Below are positions 48,478-60,800 of a stretch of 64,000 bases of DNA, in pieces. The stretch covers positions 515,438-579,437 of the forward strand of contig CAVPHZ010000001.1 in the NCBI GenBank assembly GCA_963704905.1, written 5' to 3'. The translations under genes were made by a program, and so were the position numbers. This DNA comes from Candidatus Chisholmbacteria bacterium (lineage in GTDB: Bacteria; Patescibacteriota; Microgenomatia; UBA1400; Chisholmbacteraceae). Numbering within the stretch: the first letter of the stretch is position 1; each line of letters begins with the position of its first letter. The notes beneath the pieces are model-generated. The model saw only the letters and a program-made list of their open reading frames with translations. It did not search any database and had not been told where the DNA came from.

Positions 48478-49283
48478 CTGAAATCACGACACTGAAATAC
48501 GTAAGCGCAGCATTTTTGGAGGCTGCGTCAGCAAAGATTGTGGGTATTCGTAAAGCGTTTGAGGTTAATCAACAGTTTTACGAAGAAGTGAGTCATGTTT
48601 ATCACGTTGTCAAAGTCAGTTCGGAATTGCTAAAAATTAAGGAGAAGAGACAAACTGAGCCTGGAAAAACGGTTTCGGTAGCAGTCACAAGCAATCACCG
48701 CTTCTATGGACTCTTAAACATTAACGTGATGAAGGAGTTTGCTGAAAAAACAGAGCAAGTACAGACTGATCGATTTGTTATAGGGAAAACTGGGGCTGAT
48801 TATCTGATGCTGAAGAGTTATAAGCAGCCATATGAAACAGTGATTAATGCTAAAGACACTCCAAACGAGGAGGAGATACGACAATTTTTAGAGCGGATCA
48901 CATCGTATGAGAAGGTGATTTTATATTACCCGAAGTTTGTCAGCATGATCAGCCAAGCCGTTGGTGTTACTGATATTACCCAATCGGCAAAGGAGGAAGA
49001 GGTCACTCCAGAGGATCTAATCCGGCATATCTTTGAGCCTGAACTTGATAAGATGGTTGCGTTTTTTGAGACGGTGATCCGAACTCTCTTATTCAGTCGG
49101 TCGATGCTTGAGGCAGATCTGTCGCGTACTGCGGCGAGGCTCATGTCAATGAGTTCGGCTGAGGAACGGGCGGATGAGTTGATTGTTGATAAGAAGAGTG
49201 AAATTCGTAAGGTGAGGCGGTCAATTCTTGATAAAGAGCTGCTTGATACGTTTGCAGGAATGAAGAACTGGAATAGGCATTAG
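48444..49283 (+). CDS. atpG: F1 ATPase subunit gamma (divergent)
   Basis: N- and C-terminal coiled-coil helices, VTSNHRFYG, FEPE, SRTAARLMSM...ELL; between alpha and beta. Confidence 0.85.
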   Translation: MPELTELREELTEITTLKYVSAAFLEAASAKIVGIRKAFEVNQQFYEEVSHVYHVVKVSSELLKIKEKRQTEPGKTVSVAVTSNHRFYGLLNINVMKEFAEKTEQVQTDRFVIGKTGADYLMLKSYKQPYETVINAKDTPNEEEIRQFLERITSYEKVILYYPKFVSMISQAVGVTDITQSAKEEEVTPEDLIRHIFEPELDKMVAFFETVIRTLLFSRSMLEADLSRTAARLMSMSSAEERADELIVDKKSEIRKVRRSILDKELLDTFAGMKNWNRH

Positions 49284-50687
<1,404 letters not shown>

Positions 50688-50787
50688 TGTTTGTCCCGTA
50701 AACTCCTGGCTCGGTACATCTCGCCAGGTTATTACGGGATGACTGGATCGCACTATTGAGTTTAGCAATCCAGTCAAATGGAGAAAT

Positions 50788-51042
50788 ATGGCGAAGTTTA
50801 TTTTGAATGTCAGGATCAATAGCCCAGAGAAGATCATTTGGGAAGGGCAAGCATTGTCTGTGTCTTCTGAGAACAGTGAGGGACCGTTTGATATTTTGCC
50901 AAAACATGCAAATTTTATTACAGCAATCGAGGAAAAACCGATCAAGATAAAAACTCCAGATAAGAAAAAAATTGAGTATACGTTCCCACGGTCAGTACTT
51001 TACATGCATGATGATCTGGTGAGTATTTATACGCAGATTTGA
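50788..51042 (+). CDS. atpC: F1 ATPase subunit epsilon, N-terminal beta domain only
   Basis: INSPEKIIWEG, GPFDILPKHA; C-terminal helical hairpin absent. Confidence 0.8.
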   Translation: MAKFILNVRINSPEKIIWEGQALSVSSENSEGPFDILPKHANFITAIEEKPIKIKTPDKKKIEYTFPRSVLYMHDDLVSIYTQI

Positions 51043-51045
51043 AAT

Positions 51046-51228
51046 GTTCATTTCTTTGCTTGTCCAAAGAAACGAACCAAAGAAAAGACAGGCCTGCTCT
51101 CGCGGTTGAATCACCTTCGATTTATCAGTGGAGATGGGGCCTCTCCGAAATTCCTTCGCAAGGCTCAGTCAGTTTCGGTTTCTCCTCCTGATAAATCGGG
51201 TGTTTCTAAACCACTTTCGCAAAGTCCT
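51046..51228. repeat. Highly structured intergenic element (nested inverted repeats)
   Basis: GTTCATTTCTTTG/CAAAGAAACGAAC, CGATTTATCAG/CTGATAAATCG, GGAGA/TCTCC and CCGAAA/TTTCGG stems. Confidence 0.6.
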
Positions 51229-51804
51229 ATATTTCTAGAGCGATCAAAAGGGTCTCGACAATTTCATTTTCATTAGTTGTGTTCTAAGAGATTCTTCAGT
51301 CATCGCTATTGTGGGTTCAATTATTTCCAGGCTAAAGTTGTTGGCGGGAACTTCAGAAGAGTGCTATTTCCTCAAGAATTCTCCAAGGCAAATTATTTAC
51401 GTTTTCAGTTATTTGAGGTGATTATTCTTTACTTGAGGTTCTCCTCTGGATTCAATTTGCATAGGTTTACCCTATCTTGGTACTTGACAAGGTATTCATA
51501 ATAGTACTTTAATGTACTTATCAATAGCAAAAGTTGTATAAAAGACTCATATAACAGGAAATTATAATAGCACTTCAATCACCACACGAATATATGAAGA
51601 ACAGCATCTACCAGAGGAAACTAGCTTTAGAAGTAAATACTAGCAAAATTATTTTCACGCAAGGGACATTTAACGTCCAACTTTGGTTTGATCTATCATT
51701 AGAAAATACCGATAAATCGGTCTTTTATAATTATTGCAACAATATTCGCTAGATATTACTAAGTTATGAATATTCGCCTGCCCAAGCGAATATAACCCGC
51801 CCAT

Positions 51805-54800
51805 ATGAGCAGCCTGCCCAAAGACTTCTCGCGATTTTTACAACAACAAGGCCTTAGTGGTGTATCGATTAAAAACTACACTGCTGATGTCAATAAATTC
51901 ATCAAATGGCTTGAGGCTACCGCTGATGGGCCAGTTGCGGCTCATTACATCCGAAAAAATCACATTGATCAGTACCTGGCATCACTAGAAACAGAAGGTG
52001 TGGCTGAGAGTACCATCAAGCGATATACCGCTGTCCTCAACCGCTTTTACTCCTGGATTCATCCGACACAAGTAAGGAAGGAGACTACCCCACCTCTGGC
52101 TCGTTACAAACCGAGAAAGCGCGGCGCACCTCGGAAAGCTTCCTCTGGAAGAGGATTGAGTCAACCTGATTTGGCTCAAGTTATGGAGCAAATGAAGGCT
52201 CAAGAGTCGCCGTTTGCCAAGCTTGCCTCAATCCCCATGCCAATTGCTGCGATTTCCGGCATCACCATTGTGGTCATGTTTGGAATCGCTTTTGTATCAA
52301 TTAATCATCTCTACTCGCTGTTTGCCGGACAGCGGACAACCTCCACCCTGCCGGCGGAATTTGCTACCGTTCCAGGGGATGTATTTGAGGATCTTCAACG
52401 AGGTAGGGTGCTGACTGCTCAAACTGAAGGAGGAGTACTGGAGTTTGGGACGAATGTGGGAACTGGATCAGCTGCCTTGGCAGTTGACAAGTCTGATGCT
52501 TTTGTGGGCGGGTTTGCTCTTGATGAGAGCGAGTACATCACCATTCCTGAGTCTCTACTTCTTGACACTGCGTACGGTCGAGTGCTAGCAGCTGCTACAT
52601 CAAGTGGGGTTTTGGAAATTAATACTGATACTGAAATAGCAGCAACCTTAACTGTTACTGGAGATGGAACGTACGGTGGATTGGTGACTGCATTGGGTGG
52701 GATCCAAACACAGAATGCTGATATCAATGCGGGAACAGGGGAACTTACCGCTTCCAACGTTATTTATGATGTACTGGCTGGTACAAATATTACGATTACC
52801 GGAGATGCGCAGAGTCCAGTTATTAATGCTGATACGGCTGGGATAGATACGATCATTGGGACCTCTGGGCGGATCACGGTATCAACAGCAGCGGATCCAG
52901 TGCTTGATATTTCGACTGACTATGCTGGACAGACTTCAATTTCAACACTTGGGACGATTACCAATGGAACATGGCAGGGAACTGAGATCGATGTGGTCTA
53001 TGGAGGGACTGGCTTAACGTCTGTGGCTTCTGGGCAATTGTTGTATGGAACTGGGACGGACACCTTAGGGACTCGGACGCTGGCGGCGGGAACGAATTTA
53101 ACTCTTACCGACAGCGGAACTGCGCTGACCTATGCAACTAGTTTAACTCCTACGTTTAACTACATCACTTCTACAGCGACAAGCAGTGGTATTGCGACGA
53201 CACAATATGGCGGGGACTATATCACCACGACGGCTACAAGCTCAGGATTTTCATTCAACGTCGGAGATGGTGGAGCGTTTCGATTCAGCGATGGAACGAA
53301 CACCCTTTTCCAAATTCTTGACGGAAATGAGTTTGGTGTTGCTAGTTTATCCGGAAAACAAAATGTCGGTGATCCAGCTTGTCAACCGGGACAGATCTAC
53401 TTCAATGAAGCTGGAAGTGTGTTTAAGGCGTGTACCGCAGAAAATACATGGACGACAATTGCCGATGAAAATGGACCAGTTACTTTTCATCCAGCATCAG
53501 CTGATAGCTGGGGTGATGCGAATCCAGGTATTTGGCTAGATGAGATTGGTGCTGGTTCCCCAGATCTTTTTCGACTTCAAGTTGGCGGATCAAGCCGATT
53601 TGTGGTGCCAAATGATGGTGGATTTCAGTCGGCAGTCGGCGGGGCAGGAACAGCATATTTGAACTTGTCTTCGACGGGAGATTTTGAGATTCAGGATGCG
53701 GGCACTCCGTTCGTGTCGTTTTTGGATAATGGCACTGTGACGTTTGATGGGGCGTCAACTTTCAATACTGACGTTAACTTAGTGATGGATGGGGCTGAGA
53801 ATGTCACGCTGACCAATGCAGCTGCTACGGCTGATCAATTAGCACTCACAGTGGGTGGAGTGACAACTGATGCGGTCGATGGTATTGTTGTAGATTTTAC
53901 TCAAGCTGATGATGCTGACGGGACTGATACGAATGCGGCTTTGTTTGTGGATGTGACTTCTTCATCGGGAGATGCTGATACGTTATATGGTGTGCGCATT
54001 GATGCAATTACTGGTGGTGCGGCTACAGAAACGGCATTGGATATTGGTGCTGGTTGGGATACGGCGATTAATATCGGAGGTGGGAGTATTGTCACGGCGG
54101 GTGGATACACACAAAGCGGAGCGAGTCAAAACACATTTACCGGAAATGTTGATGCAACTAATGGATTGGATGTAACAAATGCTGACCTCACGGTTGGAGG
54201 GGCGAATTTTGCTGTCGATGATGCGACAGGTGATATTACCTCGCTGGGTGATGCAACCATCGGCGGTCGAATCACATTTGAGAATAGCGAATATATTTCG
54301 AATGAAACGGATGACCTTATCATCTTTTCAGGATCAGGTGGATCAGATGATACCGATTTGGTTTTCAATCTTGATGGAGTGGCTCCAGTTATCTATTCTC
54401 AGTCCGACAGTGCTATTCGGATCGACGATGACTTGCACTTTGTCGGCGATCAGAACATTACGACGACGAGCGGGAATTTGAGTATTGTTCCTAATGGAAT
54501 ATTGACGATTGATACCTCCTCAGTCTTGAATGTCGGTACCGGTACTGCTACGGCTATTAACTTTGGAAATGCTTCGCTCGACTCCTTTACTGTAATAACG
54601 AATGGGTCAGGTGATAGTGAGGTCGTCTTACCGGCTCAATCGATATCTTCGACAGAGGTGTTGAATGAGTCACTTGATACAAACGATTTTGCTGCAACAC
54701 TCACATTCTCTGATGGAGATTTCATAGATCTTGGGTCAATTCAACCTACGGGTGGAATTAATGAAGGTTTTCGGCTACCGCAAGTAACAGGTGCAATTCC

Positions 54801-57800
54801 AAGTCCTGCGAGCGGGGAGGGATACCTTGCATATCGGGATGATGCCAATACTGTTGAATATTTTGACGGATCAAGCTGGATCACCATTGCTGCGCAGACA
54901 CCGCTCTGGGCTGATGATGGGACAATTACGCACCTGATTTCAAATACCGATGATTTATCTGTAGGTGGAATCACGTTGGCTTCACCATTTTCGGTGGATG
55001 TCGATACCAACACAGCGCGAATTGGTGACGGTGTTACCACCAATGCAAATTTATCGATGTATTCTTCGACCGCAGATACCGGTACTTTGACATACAACAC
55101 GAGCGATACTTTTCAGTTTTCGGGTGGAGATGTGCTCATAGATCAGGCACTCGAAGTTACCGCTATTACAACACTATCTGATGATCTTATTGTGGGTGGA
55201 ACGACGTTGGCATCACCTTTCTCGGTTGATGAGAGTGCAAACACCGTACGGATTGGTGATGCTGCTACCGGAAATGCAACTTTGGCGTTGTATGCGAGCA
55301 CTGGTCAAACCGGTTCGCTTCTTTTCAATACCAGCGATCAATTCCAGTTTACGGGTGGTGATGTTCGCATGGATCAGGATCTGACAGTTCTTGATGACAC
55401 AACTTTAGGAAATGCGGCTACTGACAGCATCACGCTCACAGGTTCGATTGCGACTAATGTCAATTTCTTGGATTCTGGTGTAGGAACCGATCGGTCGATC
55501 GCTGGCTCGGATGCAACTGGAGGTAACAGCGCAGGTGGAGATTTAACTGTACGAGCTGGAAACGCTACGGGAGTTGGTCAGGGTGGGGATTTAACTTTAG
55601 CTCCAGGATTAGCAGGAGGGGGAGGAACGGGTGGAGATGTTGTTTTTCAAACTGGAGATACGGTATTAGCAACTCGATTTACTATTGGAAATGACGGAAC
55701 GTTGACGCAGTCAGGGACCGGACAGGTGACTTTCTCCGGGAACGTCGATGCCACAAGTGGGCTCGATGTATCCGGAGGAAATCTAACCCTGACTGCGGCG
55801 AACGACATTGTTCTCTCGAGTGGAGCTCTGGATACTACTGGTGGGGTTTTAAACATTGCCGACACGAATGCCTCCTCGATTGCAATGGGGCATGCTTCGC
55901 TGGGATCGTTGACGGTTGTGACTGACGGTACTGGGGATAGTGAAGTCGTACTTCCAGATCAATCAATTTCCTCAACTGAAATTCTTGATGATACCGTTGC
56001 GACATCAGATCTAGCTGCATCTTTAGTCTTTGCGGATGGCGATTTTATTGATCTTGCGTCAATAATTAATTCAGCTGGTGTTAATGAAGGTTTTCGTTTG
56101 CCACAATCAAGTTCTGCACTTGGTAATCCTTCCAGCGGTGAGGGATACATAGCATATCGTTCAGATAGCAATAATATTCAGTTCTATGATGGCACTCAAT
56201 GGGTCACGCTTGCATCGTTTACCCCTCTTTGGACAGATGATGGAACTATTTCATATCTCATCGATACGGCTGATGACTTAGCTGTAGGTGGAACTACGCT
56301 CAATTCTCCATTTTCTGTAGACGTATCTGCTAATACCGTGAGAGTTGGAAGTGGGGCTACTGTCGATGCTGTGCTGCAGCTGTATGCTCAAGATAACGAT
56401 ACTGGAAACCTGACATACAACGTGAATGATCAATTTCAATTTTCCGGCGGAGATGTTCTCATTGACCAAGATTTTCGAGTTACCCAAACCACTACTCTTG
56501 ACGATGATCTCTACGTGGGAGCAACCGGACTTGCTGCTCCATTTTCAGTTGATGAGTCATTGAATACGGTACGCGTGGGGGATGGCAGCGGAACGAATGC
56601 GACCATTACCATGTATGCAAGTGATAATGATGTGGGGAGTTTTCTTTATAACACCAACGATAGCTTCGAGTTTCAAGGGGGAAATGTTCAAGTCGATCAG
56701 AATCTAACAGTTCAAGAGGATACTACTTTCGGCGATGCCACGACAGATACAATAACGGTAACAGGTTCATTCAACTCAAACCTAAATTTCTTAGATGCTG
56801 ACAATCAAAATTACACCTTTGCAGGTGCTGATGCAGTAACTGGATCCGGAAATGCTGGTGACTTAACCATTCGAGCAGGATCGGGTGGAGCTACGACAGG
56901 AAATGGCGGAGATTTGGTATTAGCCGGCGGAACTGTCACATCAGGTACAGCGGGATACATCGCCTTCCAGACTGACAACACTGAGCGACTGCGGATTGAA
57001 AATGATGGTGATCTCTTCTTTGAGCGAGGCAGCGAAGATTTGACCGTTCAGATCAGCGCTCCTTCGGGAGCATCGCGGGTGGCTACAATACCAGCGCTGA
57101 CTGCTGATGACACATTTGTGTTTGAGGTTCAGACTCAAACACTATCAAACAAGAGCTTAGCATCTCCTTCTATTACGGGCTCTCCAACTGCTGCCGGTGC
57201 TAGTTGGACTGATTTAGGTTCAGTCTCAACCATTGATATTAATGGCGGAACGATAGATGGGACAAGCATTGGGGTGACGACGCCTGCTAGTGGTACGTTT
57301 ACAACTTTATCCTCTTCAGGAGTAACTACCATTGGGAATGGTACTTCTACTGTGGCTATCGATTCATCTGATTGGGATATCACAGCTGCTGGTGTGGGAA
57401 CCGGATTTGATTCTTGGACAGTTGATAATTTGATTATTGACGGCAGCAATATCGGTCGAACGTCCGATCCAGATCTGTTGAATTTTGCAAATGCTATTCT
57501 GACCGTGAATGGCGATGTCCGGCTGGCTAACAATTCCAACATCGAAGTCGGTGGTTTGACTGGCGTGGCATATAACGCGATCTCAGATGGAGGAGGGTCG
57601 GCTAGTTTTGCTTCAACTGATAATGATCTTTATATCGAGGATATCCTTGAGGTTGACGGAACTGTATATATCGGTGGTAAGCCGCTATCAGCCAGTGCTC
57701 TTTGGGAAAATGAGAGTAATGTATTTCACCCAATTGATGAGTATGCCGGTGTGGTTGATTTAACTATTGGTGGTGAGGCAACTTCAAGTGCTGATATTTA

Positions 57801-60800
57801 TTTCTCGTCTGCCGGAGCCGCAGTATTTAATGAGCAATCGAACAGCGTTAACTTCAGAGTTGAGGGAAATAATGATCCTGATCTCATTTTTGCTGATGGA
57901 TCATCTGACACGGTTACCATTGGAGCTCAACTTGAACTGGGGAAATTGGGAGTGAGAGGAGATCAAGATGAAATTCAGTTTCGAGTGCGTGGAAACAGCA
58001 CCCAAAATGCAAACCTGATGGTGATTGAACAAAACAGCGGTGCAGATGCTTTGTCTGTTTCCAATGCTGGATTAACTTCAACTGCTGACTTGACGCTCGG
58101 TCTCAATGATACAACTGCAACCATTTCTACTAGTGATGTTGATGAAGATTTAACTATTGATCCGAACGGAACTGGCGATATCTACTTCAATGGGTCGACC
58201 TACGTGTTGACTGATTCAGGTGATTTTACGATTGGGGGCAGACAAACTTTTGAGAATGGTGAGTACATTCAGAATGAAACTGATGATATTTTTGCGTTCG
58301 TAGGCGCATCTGGCGTTGATGACACTGATCTGTATCTCAACCTCGATGGTAGCTATCCCATTCTTTATTCTAATACCGATACAACAATTGGTATTGATGA
58401 TGACCTGCAATTCATTGGCGCAACGAACATATCAAATACCAGTGGCAATCTTTCGATTAGCGCGGCTACAGATCTGTCAATTGACTCTACCAGTGATGTA
58501 AATATCGGTCCAACGTATGCGGCATTTATCACTATTGGGTCTTCGACATTAAATTCGGTTACGATAGACACCGATGGAACAGGTGACGGAGAACTTATTC
58601 TTCCTGACAGTTCTGTTTCATCTTTGGAAATTGTTAATGACAGTTTGACACCTACTGACTTTGCAGCAACGCTCACTTTTACTGATGGCGATTTTCTAGA
58701 TCTGGCAAGCATTGTTCCTTCAAGCAGTATCAATGAAGGTCTTCGATTGCCGCAATCATCCGGAGCGTTAGGTGAACCAGGATCCGGAGAAGGATATCTC
58801 GCATATCGAACTGATACCAACACTATTCAATACTATGATGGGGCTGACTGGCAATCAGTCGCATCATCGACGCCAATCTGGACTGATGACGGAACCATTA
58901 CCTATCTTATTTCCGCTACAGATGATATGGCGGTAGGAGGAACGTCTTTAGCTGCACCATTTTCTGTTGATGTGAGTGCGAATGCTGTTCGGATTGGAGA
59001 TGGTACTGTAGCTGGGAACGGCCGACTTACCATGTACGCCTCTGATACTGATCAGGGTACTATTATATTTAACACGAATGATCAATTTGAATTTAATGGT
59101 GCGGATGTTCTGGTTGACCAAGATTTCAGAGTTAATGGGAACACAACGCTTGATGATGATGTCTATATTGGAGCAACAACTTTAGCCGCTCCTTTTTCTG
59201 TAGATGTTTCGACTAATACGGTTCGACTTGGGGATGGAACCGCAAGCGGAGATGCGACACTGCTGATGTTCTCTTCGGGTGGAGATGTGGGGACACTTGC
59301 GTATACAACCAGTGATGAGTTCAATTTTCAAGGCGGAAATATTCGAACTGCGGGAATTATAGTTGAGGGTAACACAACGCTGGGAGATCAAGTCACCGAT
59401 ACGGTTACTGTTACTGGTTCTTTAAACAGCAATGTTAACTTTCTTGATCAGAACAACACCAGTTATACCGTTGCCGGTGCAGATGCTGGGACCGCTACTG
59501 GAAATGCTGGGAACCTGACAATTCGGGCTGGGTCTGGAGGATCAACGAGCGGAAGTGGTGGAGATCTCATCTTGTCTGCCGGGACAGTTACCTCTGGTAC
59601 CCCTGGAGATCTCAATTTGCGGACTAACAATGTTGACCGATTAGTCATTCAAGGAGATGGAACATTCCGATTTGAAGAAGGTGTGAATGACTTTATTCTC
59701 GATGTAAATGCGCCAACTGGGGCTGACAGAACAGGCACGATACCGACACTCTCTAGTAACGACACATTTGTGTTTGAGTCACTATCTCAAACTCTAACAA
59801 GCAAGACTTTAATATCTCCTACTATATCAGGTTCTCCAACGGCTGTGGGGGCTGCATGGGCTGATCTAGGGTCAGTAGCAACGATTGATATCAATGGGGG
59901 GACGATTGATGGAACTGCAATTGGCGGGAGCACTCCATCATCAGGTGCGTTTACGACTCTCTCATCAACCGGTGTAACTACCATTGGAAATGGCAGCTCA
60001 ACTGTTGCGATTGATAGCAATGATTGGGACATTACGAGTATTGGTGTGGGAACCGGGTTTAACTCCTGGACGGTTGATAATGTGATTATCGATGGAAATG
60101 ATATCGGGTTGGTTTCTGACACTGATCTGCTTTCTTTTACCGATAGCAATCTGACAGTGAATGGGGATGTGACGATCACGGGTGGGGATATAACCGGTGC
60201 AGCTGGAGCTGCATTGGATTTGGGTGAGCAAAACTCTGGAGATGTGACGGTTACTGGAGACTTGATTTTGGCTGATGACGCCTTCATTGGGATTGGTGGG
60301 AGTGCAGCCCGAATCGTGTTTGACTCGACACCAACTCCAGATCAGATCGATATTCTTTCTGCAAGCTTAGACATGAATAACAATATCATTACGAATATCG
60401 GGAATGCTGCGACTGATTTTGATACAAACGGCGGACTGACATTAGCTGCTGATTTGGCGGTTAATGGTGGAGACCTGACAACCACTGACTCTACTTTCAA
60501 TTTGGTGAATAACACGCCAACTACCGTCAATTTTGCCGGGAATGCAGGAGCTATTTCTATCGGAGCTGTAACCGGGACGACGACGGTGAATCACAATCTT
60601 ACGGTTGCGGGGGTGTTCACCGCAAACGGCCAGGCGAATATCGGTGACGGCGGGGATACGGTGGCGATAAACTCGAGCGATTGGGATATCACCTCGACCG
60701 GTGTAGGAACAGGGTTTGATTCATGGACGGTAGACAACTTGATTATTAATGGGAATAACATCGGGACGCTTACCGATCAGGACTTGATTGTATTTGCCGA

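Noticed and set aside
51805-52062. Active phage integrase or prophage boundary
   Set aside because: Only the N-terminal SAM-like domain is present; there is no catalytic domain, att/tRNA site or phage genes.
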